Assembly: GCF_020745735.1 (NCBI RefSeq)
Contig: NC_083409.1
Span: 12,833,259 to 12,897,258, forward strand
DNA: 64,000 bases
Source of the DNA: Hemiscyllium ocellatum
Taxonomy: Eukaryota
Reading direction: 5' to 3'
Shown here: positions 1 through 12,215 of the stretch, piece after piece
How positions within the stretch are numbered: position 1 is the first letter of the stretch
Layout of the letters: the number at the start of each line of letters is the position of its first letter
The notes under the pieces: generated by a model
Database searches by the model: none
Seen by the model: the letters and a program-made list of their open reading frames with translations, nothing else
Told to the model about the DNA's origin: nothing
Position numbers and translations under genes: made by a program

Positions 1-30
1 GATTCAAGGTGGAAGGAGAGAGATTTGTAC

Positions 31-79
31 CTGCGATACAGAATGCCAGGGGCCAGATCAGCTGGATGTGTGAAATCAT
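31..79 (-). CDS. IGKV: Leader exon 1 of a second, oppositely oriented kappa-type Ig light-chain V gene (MISHIQLIWPLAFCIA-G, phase-1 donor); the V exon lies beyond the left window edge
   Basis: Reverse complement of 12216-12264 with one substitution (TGT ATC vs TGT GTC). ATG at 79-77, GCAG|GTACAA donor at 31/30. The 30 visible intron bases match 12265-12294. Confidence 0.88.
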
Positions 80-139
80 GGTGTGTGCTCCTGTCCCTGT
101 GCCTGGTTCCTGATAAACTCTCCCTTCACTGGGCTCTGC

Positions 140-234
140 TTTATAAAGCTGCAGCCTGTGAGAGTCTGACTGGGTGTTCCTCAGTATGTAAATGGCATCA
201 GGCAGAGAGAGCCACGTCAGCCCCTCACACTTCC
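140..234 (-). promoter_or_regulatory. Promoter of the left (minus-strand) V gene: TATA, variant octamer, CRE-like element, Ets/PU box
   Basis: TTTATAAA 140-147; ATGTAAAT 186-193 (ATTTACAT on minus); ACGTCA 214-219; CACTTCC 228-234 (GGAAGTG on minus). Mirror image of 12058-12155. Confidence 0.7.
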
Positions 235-2379
235 TTCTCTCGCTCTCTCGCGCTCTCTCAGAGAATCATTGATGTGAACAACATTGAATGAGGCCATTTA
301 GCCCATTGTGTCTGTGTGAGTAAACAAAGATCTGATGACACTAATCCCATCCTCCAGCTCTTGACCTATCACCCTGGGGGCTACAGCAACACAAGGGAAT
401 ATCTAAACACTGCTCCAGTGTCACGAGAGTTTGTGACTCAACCAGCCTTTCAGGCAGTGAGTTCCAGACTCCCACCACCTTCTGGGTGAAAACATTTCTC
501 CTCAATTCTCCTCTCACTCCAATTTGACTGGGCCTGGACTCACTCAAGTTCAGAAGGATGAGAGGGAATCTGATTGAGATGTATAAAATTCCAACAGGGC
601 TGGGCAGAGAGGAGGTTTCCTCTGGTTGGGAAGTCTGGAATCAGGGGACTCAGTCTCAGGGGGATAGAGGGTAGACCATTTAGGACTGAGATGAGGAAAC
701 ATTTCTTCACTCAAAGGGTAGGACAACTGTGGAACCCAAGGAACTGAATAAATTCAAGAAAAGGAGAGAGATAATTGTTTTGTATTTTAACAGCATGAAG
801 GGAATGGGGAGAAAGCAGGAATATGGTTTTGAGATGGAGGATCAGCCATGATCATACTGAATGACAGAGCAGGCTCAAAGGGCCGAAAGGCCTACTCCAG
901 TTCCGAGTTTCTGTGTCCATGTCTGTGTTACCTGGGACACAGGTTATTGAGTACTTTACTGATATATAAAGTGCCTTCTTACCCACGCTATCACTGCCCC
1001 AAATAATCTTATCCCCCTCTATCATGTCCCCTCTCAGCCTTCACTGCTCCAAGGAAACAATCCCAACCTTTCCAAGATTTCCCCACAGCTGACCCTCCAT
1101 CCCAGGCAGCATCTTGGTAAATCTCTGCACCCTCTCAAGTACAGTCACATCCTTCCCAGAATGTGGTGACCAGTACCTATCCACCTCTCTCTCTCTCTCT
1201 CTCTCTCTGTCTCACATCTGCCACTTCTTTCTCTCTATCCCTCTCTCTCCTACTGTTAATCTCTTTCATGTTCTCTCTCTCTCTCACTCTGTCTCATAGC
1301 CACACTCCCCAATTCACTCATGCTTTCTCACTCCATCTCATAATTTTTATTTTTCCATCTCTCACTGTCTCCATAACTCCTTCCCCCTTTCGCTTCAATT
1401 TAAATCCTCTGTTTATCTCTCCTCTCTATACCTCCCTCTGTCTCTCTCCCTCCCTCTCTGTATTCCCAATCTACAGTCGCACTCCCTCCCTCTCTGTCAT
1501 TCTGTTTCTAATCATACTCATGTCTCTCACTTTCTCTCTCTCTCTCTCTCTCTCTCGCTCTCTCTGTCTCTCACACACACACACACACACGTACAGACAC
1601 TCACCCTTTGTCTCTGACTCACTTCTCTCTCTTTCTCACAGTGTCCCAGGTTGTGGCAGTTGAATTCAGGATGAATCTCCCTCTCTCTGCCCCACTCATG
1701 GATGTTAACCCTTGACCCCAGAAGCATGTTTTCTCCGAGAGTAAGGCCCCATTTTCCACATTGACCTGGATTTGGCCTCTCTCAGAAAGATGGCTAGATT
1801 CTTGTCAAATGAAGGGCAGTTCTGTGCTTTTGGCCTGTTCTCACTGGGGACTGGTTTGGACACAAAGCTCATTCCATGAAGGCCCTGCAGAGAGAGGAGA
1901 TCCTCAGGCCATCAGTGTGAGCTGGGCGGGGGGGGGGGGCGCAGCACAGGTTCTGACCCACTGATCCAGCCTGTCCATTCACAATATTTTCCAATCCCTT
2001 CCCCTCTCCTACCCCTCTCTTTCCCTTTCCATGATCAGTCTCTGAGTCAGGGTGTTTTACTGGGATGTGGGTTGAACCATTACACAGTTACAACAGAAAG
2101 GAACTGAACCCCACACTCACCTTGGAGTCCATGATGCACTGGACTCTCCTACAGAGTCCAGTAAACATGGCCTCCTTCCTGCAAGAGCCTCCACTAGAGA
2201 CCAGTAAACATGGATCTCCTTCTGACTGGATCCTCCAAGACAGATCAATAAATATGGGCCTCCTAATCACTGGAACTTCCAATGGAGATGAGTAGATGGT
2301 TGAGTTTTTGAAGAAGTAAGCAAGAAGATAGGTAAAGATGGAGTAGTACACTCTGTCTACATGGAGTTAATACAAGGTT

Positions 2380-3520
2380 CCCTATGGTAGACTGCTCAGT
2401 AAGATTATATCACACAGGATCCAGGGAGAGCTCACCAATTGGATATAAAATTGGCCTGATGATAGGAGGCTGAGGCTGGTGAGAGAGGGTTGTTCTTCAG
2501 ACTGGAGGCCAGTGACCAACTGCCTGTCAAAAGAATCGATCCTGGATCCACTGTTGTTCATCATTTATATGAGTAATTTGGATGAGAAAATAGCAGGAAT
2601 GGTCAGTAAGTTTGTGGCTGATGTTAAAATTGTTGGCATAGTGGACAGGGAAGAAGGTTATCCAAGAGTGCAATGTCATCTTGATCAACTGGGCCAGTGG
2701 GTCAACATATCCAGATGGAAATTTTGATAAATGGAAGGAGTTGCATTTTGGGAAGACAAACCAGGGCAGGAATTACACAATTAATGGTAGAGCCATGGGG
2801 AGTGTTGTTGAACAGAGAGACTGAGGGGTACAGGTACATAGTTCCTTGGAAGTGGGGTCACAGGTAGACAGGGTGGTGAAGAAAGTATTTGGCATGCTCA
2901 CCTACACTGGTCAAAGCAGGGAGTACAGGAGCTGGGACATCATGTTACAGCTGTACAAGGCATTGGGAAGGCCACATTTGGGCACAGTACATTTCTGCTC
3001 ATCCTACTCTCAGAAGGAAGTTATGACAGTGGTTTGAATACAAGAAAGATTAACAGGGATGTGACAAAGATTGGAGGATTTGAATTACAAGATGAGGATG
3101 AATAGGCCAAGATGTTTTTCCAAGGAATGCAGGAGATTGAGGGGTGACCTTATAGAGGTTTATAGAATCATGAGGGTCATAGATAAGGTGAATAGTCAAA
3201 GTCTTTTCCTCAGGGTAGGAGAATCCAGTACTAGAAGGAGTAACTTAAGTTGAGAGGGGAAAAAATTAGTAGGAAACTGAGAGGCAGCATTTTCACACAG
3301 AGGTTAGTGTGTATGTGTAATGAGCTGCCAGAAGAATTCGTAGAGGTGAGGACAATTACTACATTTCAAGGACATTTTTACAGGAACATGGATAGGAAGG
3401 ATTTAGAGAGAATTGAGCCAAACACATGCAAATGGGACTAGTTCAGTTTTGGATACTTGGTCGGCATGGATGAGTTGAGCTGAACGGCCTGGTCCCATGC
3501 TGTAAACCTCTATGACTCTT
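2380..3520 (+). mobile_element. CR1-type LINE, 3' part of ORF2 (RT C-terminus) and 3' UTR, degenerate
   Basis: Frameshifted fragments DWRPVTNCLSKESILDPLLFIIYMSNLDE..SKFVAD, RRLRGDLIEVYRIM, FTQRLVCMCNELPEE. Boundaries approximate. Confidence 0.8.
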
Positions 3521-5650
3521 TAATGATGTATACATGGACCACCTTCCAATAGACACCAATAAACATGGACCTCTTTCCACTGGAACCTCCAATAGACACC
3601 AATAAACAGGGACCTCCTTCCCACTGGATGCTCCAGAAGAGACCAGTAAACATGGCCCTCCTTCCCTCAGTACTATCCAGCACCTGAGCTGCAAACCCCA
3701 CATCCTCTCCATCACGTATGCCTCTTATTTCAATCTCAACAACATTGTGTCTGCACTACCTCGCCCCCTTGACCACAGAAACCCTAATTCCTGCTCGTCC
3801 TGCTCCCTAACTCTATGATTCTAATGTCCTCTCCTAGCTTCCTAAAGCCATATTCCATAAACTCCAATTTGTCTGATATGGAGTGGGCCCTTCCCTGTCT
3901 TATCCATCTCTCAATCCAGAATGACCCCTGACCTCACTGCCAGCCAATTGCCACCATGGCCTCCCTCCGTCTGTGTCCTGCTGCAGACTCACATTCCCTC
4001 CCTCCCCCTTCCATCTTCTGTCTCTGGTCTCCTGCCCATTGCTGCTTGCTCCATCCCACCATTGACAGCAGAGCCTTCAGACCCCTACAGCATGCTCTCG
4101 GACTTCCTGCCCTTGATCCCTCCCCCTCTGAATGGTTGTGCTATTGAATATACTGTTCAATCCCATCACTTTTGGTTCACTGTTCCCTTGCCATTGATTT
4201 GCTGAATTATTCCTCATCAGTAAATCTAGTCTGGCCTGTTCCCTGAGTTGGTTCAAGAGAGTTTTCCTTGAGAAAACACTCTTCTGTAAACTGGGTTGTC
4301 TGTTTCTCCCAGTCTTTGTGTAAAGGTGAGTCTAAGTATGTGTAAGCTCTAAAACAGCACAGACAGAGGTCACTGGGTTAATTGCGACTGTTAGTCAAAT
4401 GAGTCCAATGAGTCCCATTAACCCAGCCCTTCCTGTATAACCCTGCAATTATTTCCTTTTCAGCTATTTCTCCAAATGCCCTTTTGAAAGTTGCTGTTGA
4501 ATCCACTTCCACTCACCTTGCAGACAGTCATCATGAACTCGCTGGATAAAAAATGTTCCTATCTTCTCTCTTGTGCTTTCGACTCTTTCTGAAATGTGTG
4601 CCCTTGGGTTACTGACCCTCCTGCCTGGAGAAACAATTTGTCCTGTATTTACTGCATCCAAACTCTCTAATTGTGAACCCCTCATTGAGTGAGACCTATT
4701 TCCAGCACAGGGGGAGAACATTCAGCCTGTCAGGGAAATGCTGTCATTTCATGGAGCAATCCAGTCAGTCCCACCCTCTCCCCTACTCGACCCCCAGGGC
4801 CTTGCAGGTTTATTTCCATCAAGAGCCCATCCAATCTGCCATTGCAATCACTGAGTGTCTTCACCTGTCACACCTGAATGGGCACAAATTTCCAAGACTT
4901 TGACAATTGCTGCTAAAATCAAAGTTCTTTCTGACATTCCATATCTCTTGCCCAACAGAATGTAAGATAATCTCAAAGGGAAGACAGGATTTTGTCTCCA
5001 CACGGTCTGTGCTGTGGTCACTCTTACTGATACTGTCATGGACAGATACACCAACAGCAGGTTGGTGAAGGTGATAGTGAGTATGTTTTTCCCTCTTGTC
5101 GGTTCCCTCACCCCCTGTCCCAGGTCCAGTCTCGCAGCTGAATCAGGTGGAGCGTGACCAGTTTGCTCAGTAGTGATGCTTCTGAGCAGCTTTTGATGGT
5201 GGACTTTGAAGTCCCTTACTCAGGGTATATCCTGCATCATTCCCATCCTCAGTGCTTCCTCCAAGTGTTGTTCAACATGGAGGAGGACTGACTGCTCAGT
5301 TGAGGTTGGAGGGGAGGGCGGTGCTATGTGGTAATCAGCAGGAGGTTTCCTTCCCCATGTTTGACCTGCTGTCATGAGGCTTCATGGATTCCATAGTTAA
5401 TGGTGAGGACTCTCAGGGCAACTCCCTTCCGACTGTACACACCACTGTGTTGCCTTCCCTGCTTGGTCTATCCTGCCAGTTATAAACTGAACGAGGGAAC
5501 AATTCTGTGCAGGTTTCACACCTTGGAGACAGAGCTGCTGCTGGATTCTGTTTCTGATCTCCGAGTGCAGGCGTGTGTGTTTGTGAGAGAGTGACTGACA
5601 CTTTTTCCAAAACTGTGCTGTTTCTGCAAAAAATAAATCCTAGAACCAGC

Positions 5651-5898
5651 CTCCTGTGCTGTCAGATTCCAGGGAGAGCAGACAGTTCACAGTTTTCTCC
5701 CGTCTCAGTAACAAACACCCAGCTGCTCCGAGCTCCTTGTTTCACTTCCTCTTTTGGTGAAGTTTCAACCTTGCGATCTGACAGTCTTTGCAGTTATTTT
5801 TTACACTGGGGCTTTCTGCTGTGGTCAGAATCTCTAATAATAAGTGTCCAATCAGTGACAATCACAGCAGCTAAGAGCAGTCAGGACTGAGGAGCCAG
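5651..5898. repeat. Left arm of an inner inverted repeat (partner 6784-7031), non-TE-like, containing an Ets-IRF composite element
   Basis: Reverse complement of 6784-7031 (ORFs 5573..5890+ and 6792..7109- end in near-identical peptides). GTTTCACTTCCTCT at 5739-5752 (AGAGGAAGTGAAAC on minus); E-box CAGCTG 5720-5725. Confidence 0.9.
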
Positions 5899-6783
5899 TG
5901 TCCCTGTGAAGAAATAAAGCTGAAAGTTCCACAAAAGAAGCATTGATTCAGATCTTACACTCCACAACCATCTGATGAAGGAGCAGTGCTCCAAACGCTA
6001 ACACTTCCAAACAAACCTGTTGCATTAGAACCTGGTGTTGTGTGATTTTTAACATTTACATAACAGGCCAACACCGGCATCTCCAAATCATGGAATTGGA
6101 TGGAATTTGAGAAATGCATTTACCTTGGGTCAGGAATGGGTCTGTCTAGGAGACAGAGAGGAAGGATAATGTGCGTGTGTTCCAATGAGACAGATGTGAG
6201 TAGTGGTATTCCCAGGGATCTGTGCTGGGACCTCAGCTTTTCACGATATTTCTCAATGATTTGGATGAAGAAACAGAGAGCCATATATCCAAGATTATTG
6301 ATCACACTGAGTGAGGCAGCTTGGAGGAGGTCACAGAGATAGGGAGGGTGGAAGAACAGGGAGCAGATTGAGAACAAGGATGAGAATTTAAAAATCGAGG
6401 TGTTGCTGGATCAGGAGCTTATGTCAGTCAATGAGGATTGTGGTGGTCATGGTGGGGTGGGGAGGTTTGGGCAGGGGTATGGGGTGGACTTGGTGTGAGT
6501 TTGAAAACAGACAGCAGAGTTTGGGATGAGCTGATGTTTACGGAAGTCAGTGGCTGTGATGTGGGCCTGGATATCATTGGAATGGTCACAAAAACATGGT
6601 TGAGATTTTCAGTGGCTGATAATTGTGATGTGGAGGATTTGGGCCTCAAATCAGCCCCAAAGATGAGGCCAAAGTTGTAAAGAGTCTGGTTGAGCAGCAG
6701 ACAGTGCTCAGGGAGAGGGATGGAGCTTGTACCAGGAGCTGAAGAGGATGGCTTTGATCTTCCCAATGTGTTTCCCAGTGAGC

Positions 6784-7031
6784 CTGGCTCCTCAGTCCTG
6801 ACTGCTCTTAGCTGCTGTGATTGTCACTGATTGGACACTTATTATTAGAGATTCTGACCACAGCAGAAAGCCCCAGTGTAAAAAATAAATGCAAAGACTG
6901 TCAGAGCACAAGGTTGAAACTTCACCAAGAGAGGAAGTGAAAGGAGGAGCTCGGAGCAGCTGGGTGTTTGTTACTGAGATGGGAGAAAACTGTAAACTGT
7001 CTGCACTCCCTGGAATCTGACAGCACAGGAG
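6784..7031. repeat. Right arm of the inner inverted repeat, containing an Ets-IRF composite element
   Basis: GGAAGTGAAA 6933-6942; CAGCTG 6957-6962; reverse complement of 5651-5898. Confidence 0.9.
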
Positions 7032-7633
7032 GAGGCCATTCAGCCCATCATGCCTTTGAATGACCCAGTGAATCCCACTGCTCCCCTCTCTCTCCCCATA
7101 ACCCAGCAAATCTTTCCTTTACAGTTCAATCTCCAATTCTCTCTTATAGACCTCATGTCCACAGAGTGAGACTGCCCTGAACCTGGGCTTCAAATTGGCA
7201 TCTCATTCATTCATTGGGAGACAAACTGCCTGGGCTAGGAAATGGAGTTCAGGACCCTGAACATTCCCTCTCCCCTCCTGAGGAACACTTCATTTGGTTT
7301 TGCATATTCACTTGTGGGAAGTGGGCTTCACCGGCTGGGCCAACATTTTTTACCCTGTCCCTAGTTACCCTGGAGAAGGCGGTGGGAACCTGACTTTTTG
7401 ACTATAGTCCACAAGACGTAAGTTGACCCACAATGCCGTTGGGGAGAGAATGCCAGCATTTTAACCCAGCAAGTCTGAGGGATCAGCGACATATTTCCAA
7501 GTCCGGATGCTAAGCTTTTTTGAGGGGAACTTGCAGCTCACAGTGTTCCCATGTATCTGCTGCTCTTGTTCTAAATGGAAGTGAACGTGGGTTTGGAGGG
7601 AAACCAAAAGAACTGCAGATGCTGTAAATCTGA

Positions 7634-7793
7634 GACAAAAATAGAAAGTGCTGGAAAAGCTCAGCAGGTCTGGCAGCATCTGTGAAGAGAAATCAGAGTT
7701 AATATTTCATGCTCAACCTGAAATGTTAATTCTGATTTCTCTCCAAGATGCTGCCAGACCTGCTGAGCTTTTCCTGCAATTTCTATTTTTGTC
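7634..7793. repeat. Near-perfect ~160-bp fold-back built from a Penelope-type terminal repeat
   Basis: 7634-7680 vs 7747-7793: 2 mismatches in 47 nt. Inner arms gagaaatcagagttaatatttca / tgaaatgttaattctgatttctc flank a ~9-nt loop. The motif GCTGGAAAAGCTCAGCAGGTCTGGCAGCATC resembles the terminal repeats at 43810 and 44930. Confidence 0.75.
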
Positions 7794-10700
7794 CATGGGT
7801 TTGGAAGGTGCTATCTGAAGATCAGTGATGAATTTCTGCAGTGCATCTTTTCGATAATACACACTGCTGCTATGGAGCGTCAGTGACGGTGAGTTTGGGT
7901 GTTTTGAGAATGCGATGCCAATCAAGGAGTTTGCTTTGCTCTGGATGGTATCAAGCTTTTTGAGTGGATAAGAAAGACATAGGATACAATCGACATAGAT
8001 AGGAAAGGTTTCAAGGGATATGTGTGAAATGCAGGCAAATAAGATGAGTTCACTTCAGAAAACCTGGTCAGCACGTAGAAGTTTGGCTTAAGGGTTTGTT
8101 CCTGTGCTGTATGACTCTGTGAACGTTGTTGGAGCTGCACCTGTCCAGGCAAGTGGGGAGTATTTGCTCACACTCCTGACTTGGTTGACAGGCTTTGGGG
8201 GATCAGGAGTTGAATTACTGGATGCAGTATTCCTAGCCTCTAACTTGCTCTTGTAACCACTGTGTTTCTTTGGTGAATCCAGTTGTGTTTCTGGTCAATG
8301 GCACCTCAAGAATGTTGATCGTGGGGATTCAGTGATGGTAATAGCATTGATTGTCAAGGGGCGATGTTAAGTTTGTCTCTTATTGGTGATGGTGATTGGC
8401 TGGCATTTGCATGGCACCAATGGGAAATGTCACTTCTCAGACAAAACCTGGATATTGTCCAGATATTGTTGCATTTGCACGTGGACTGCTTCAGTATCTG
8501 AGGAGTTGAGAAGAGTGCTGAGCATTATGCAATCTTTGGCAATCATCCCCATTTACGAGTTTGCCTTGAGTTGCAATATCTGTTTGGAGTCTGTCCTATT
8601 TAGTACGGTGATAGTACCACAAAACACAATGGAGGGGATTCTCAATGTGAAGGTCAGACTTTGTTTCCACAAGGACTGTGTGATGGTCACTCTTACCAAC
8701 ACTGTCAAGGACAGATGCATCTACAGCCACAAGATTGGTGAGGATGGGGTCAAGCATCTTTTTCCATCTTTTGGTTCCAGCTGCAGAGCCAGTCCCTCAG
8801 CTACATCCATGAGGAACCAACCAGCTCGATCAGTAATGCTGCTGCCGAGCCACTCTCAGTGGTGGACATTGAAACCCCCCACCCAGAGTACACTCTCTGC
8901 TGTCATCACCCTCAGTGCTTCCTCCAAATGTTGTTCAACACCCAGGAGAGACTGATTCATCAGCCGAGGGAGCAAGATATCTTGTAATCACCAGGAGGTT
9001 TCCTCGCCCATGTTTAACCTGGTGTCATGAGGTCCAGAGCCAACTTTGAGATTTCCCAGGGTAACTCCCTTCTGGCTGTAGACCACTGTGTCATCAGCTC
9101 TGCTGGGTCTGCCTTTCTGGTGGGACAGGACACATGCAGGGACAGTGATGGTAGTGTCTGGGACATTGTCTGTATGGTTCTGTGAGTATGACAGTGTCAG
9201 GCTGTTGCTTGACTAGTCTGTGAGACAGCTTTCCTGAATTTGGCACTAACTCCCAAATGTCAGTAAGGAGGACAGAGCAGGGTAGACAGGACTGTTTCTG
9301 TCATTGTCTTTTCGGTGTCTAGATCGATGCCTGTGGTCCGTCCGGTCTCATTTCTTTGTTGAAACATTGTCACAATTGATAAAACTGAGAGCCTTGCGCG
9401 GCCATTTCAGAGGGCACTAGAGAGTCAACCACATTGCTAGAGGACAGTGCCGTGTACCCCGGCAGTACATTCCCACCTCCCCCACTTCCCCATTCTGTAT
9501 ATGGAAGGCGGAAGCCTGCCAGCAGGATATTCAACCGCAGGAGCTATCACAGCCCGTGTGCAATTCTGTCCCCACATTAAATCCACACAAATCTTGAATT
9601 CACATAACTCCTTCAATATCCAAACATTCCAAGAATGTTCACAAAGTTGCAGTAAGAGGGATGGGGGAGAGGGTGGAGGAACATAAGAACTAGGAGCAGG
9701 AGCAGGCAATTCAGCCCCTTGAGCCCACTCCACCATTTAATACAATCATGGCTGATCCCATCTCAGACTCAACTCCACTTTCCTGCCCACTCTCCATCAT
9801 CCTTTAACCCATTACCCATTAAATATCTGTCCATCTCCTCCTTGGTGTGAGACAGGGAAGGGACCACTCCATTTCAGAAAAGACTGACCATGGAAGGGGA
9901 AGGAGAGGGGAAGGGATTGGAACATGTTGTGAATGGACAGGATGGGTCAGTGGGTCAGAGCTTGTCCTGTGCCTCCAACGCACGCTGATGGCCTGAGGAT
10001 CTCCTCTCTCTGCTAGGCCTTCATGGAATGAGCTTTGTGTCCAAATCAGTCCCCAGTGAGAATCGGCCAACAGCACAGAACTGCACAGAACTGCCCTTCA
10101 TTTGACCAGAATCTGTCCATCTTCCTGACAGAGGCCAAACCCTGGTCAACGTGGAAATAGGGCCTTACTCCAGGAGAAGACAGGGGTCAAGGGTTAACAT
10201 CCATTAGTGGAGCAGAGCAGAGGGAGATTTATCCTGCATTCAACTGTCACCACCCAGGACACTGTCAGAAAGAGAGAGCAGTGAGGCAGAGAGAGAGATG
10301 GAGGGAAAAATAGTGAGTGTGGGCGTGTGTGTGGGCGTGTGTGTGTGTGAGAGAGAGAGAAAGAAAGAAAGAAAGTGAGAGAGAGAGATAGAGGGACGAG
10401 CATCTGATACAGTGTAAGATATGTGAGGGGACCGAGAGAGTTAGAGGGAGGTAGAAATGGTGAGGCTGAGGGATAGAGAGTGAAACAAGATGTGAGACAG
10501 TGTGACTGAGAGGGATGGAGAGAGAGAAAGAGACAAGGGGAGAGAGAGAGAGAGTGAGAGACAGGATGGGTGTGAGACTAAGCATGAAGAGAGTTGAGAG
10601 GGAGGGTAGGGTTGAGTGTGAGAGAGAGAGATGAGTATGGGTAGATTTATAATGACAGAGAGAGAGGGAGAGAGACTGTAAATTGGGAGGTCGAGAGGGA

Positions 10701-12026
10701 AGGAGAGAGAAAGAGGGAGGAATAGAGAGTGACAGATAACAATTGGAGGCTTTTAATTGAAGTGAGAGAGGGAGCGAGTAACAGAGACAGTGAGAGATGG
10801 AGAAACAGATGATAAGATGGAGTGAGAAAGCATCAGTGAGTTGGAGAGAGTGGCTATGAGACAGAGTGTGTGTGTGTGTGTGAGAGAGAGGGAGAGAGAG
10901 AGAGAGAGAGAGAGAACATGAAAGAGATTAACAGTGGGAGAGAGAGGTAGAGGTAGAGAGAAAGAAATGGCAGATGTGAGTCAGAGAGAGAGAGGGACAG
11001 GTCCTGGTCACCACACTCTGGGAAGAATGTGATTGTACCTGAGAGGGTACAGGGGAGATTTCCCAGGATGCTGCCTGAATGTGAGCTTTGAGCAGTGAAG
11101 GCTTAACAGGGACCTGATAGAGAGGGATAAGATTATTCAGAACAGTGACAGGGTAGGTAGGATGGCACTTTTTACATGAGTAAAAGACTTAAAAACCTGG
11201 TACAGAGATTGAAGGTAACACAGACATGGACACGTAGAAACTTGGAGCAGCAGTAGGCCATTCGGCCCTTTGAGTCTGCTCTGTCATTCAGTATGATCAT
11301 GGCTGTATCAATTTTTGAATGTCATAATTTCTTCGAGGGTCCGTGTGGGCTTGTCGGGCCAAATGGCCTGTTTCCACACTGTAGGCATTCTATGATCTAT
11401 GGCTGATCCTCTCTCTCAAAGCCATATTCCTGCCTTCTCCCCATTCTCTTCAAGTTGTTAAAATGCAAAACAATTATCTCTCTTGTTTTCTTGAATATAT
11501 TCAGTTCCTTGTCCTCCACAGCCTTCAGTGGTAGCGAATTCCACAGGTTGACCACCCTCTGAGTGAAGAAATGTTTCCTCATCTCAGTCCTAAATGGTCT
11601 ACCCTCTATCCCCCTGAGCCTGTGTCCCCTGGTTCCAAACTCCCCAACCAGGGGAAACCTCCTCCCTGCCCAGCCCTGTTACAATTTTATATGTTTCAAT
11701 CAGATCCCCTCTCATCGTTCTGAACACGAGTGAGTCCATGGCCAGGCGAGTTGGAGAATTGGAGAGTGAGAGGAGAGTTGAGAAGAAATGTTTTCACCCA
11801 GAGGGTGGTGGGAGTCTGGAACTCACTGCCTGAAAGGCTGGTTGAGTCACAAACTCTCGTGACATTGGAGCAGTGTTTAGATATTCCCTTGTGTTGCTGT
11901 AACCTCCAGGGTAATGGGCCAAGAGCTGGAGGATGGGATTAGTGTCATCAGACCGCTGTTTACCAGCACAGACACAATGGGCCAAATGGCCTCATTCAAT
12001 GTTGTTCACATCAATGACTCTGAGAC

Positions 12027-12057
<31 letters not shown>

Positions 12058-12155
12058 AGAGGAAGTGTGAGGGGCTGACGTGGCTCTCTCTGCCTGATGC
12101 CATTTACATACTGAGGAACACCCAGTCAGACTCTCACAGGCTGCAGCTTTATAAA
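12058..12155 (+). promoter_or_regulatory. V-gene promoter: PU box, CRE-like element, variant octamer, TATA
   Basis: AGAGGAAGTG 12058-12067; TGACGT 12076-12081; ATTTACAT 12102-12109 (1 mismatch to ATTTGCAT); TTTATAAA 12148-12155, about 60 nt upstream of the ATG at 12216. Confidence 0.72.
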
Positions 12156-12215
12156 GCAGAGCCCAGTGAAGGGAGAGTTTATCAGGAACCAGGCACAGGG
12201 ACAGGAGCACACACC

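Larger units (their letters stand above)
1..2041. repeat. Left outer arm of a large inverted duplication (partner 9881-12294)
   Basis: Base 1 pairs with 12294. Colinear reverse-complement matches run through the promoter, CR1 pieces (340-900 vs 11390-11950), the CT/GA-rich tract and a unique block (1640-2041 vs 9881-10265). ORFs 25..291+ and 11992..12384- share an identical peptide stretch. Confidence 0.93.

Noticed and set aside
1114-1663. Long Ser/Leu-rich ORFs here and at 10194-10585, 13028-13246, 27592-28200, 51157-51561
   Set aside because: Products of CT/GA-rich, C-rich or minisatellite DNA that lacks stop codons; no domain features.
1780-1920. Possible TRIM B-box or PRY-like wording (..GHKAHSMKAL; LTLDP)
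   Set aside because: Several stops, zinc ligands missing, and frames disagree between the two arms.
3426-3433. Perfect octamer ATGCAAAT (and ATTTGCAT at 8405-8412)
   Set aside because: Both lie inside LINE fragments, kilobases from any TATA box or leader, and are not mirrored in the other palindrome arm.
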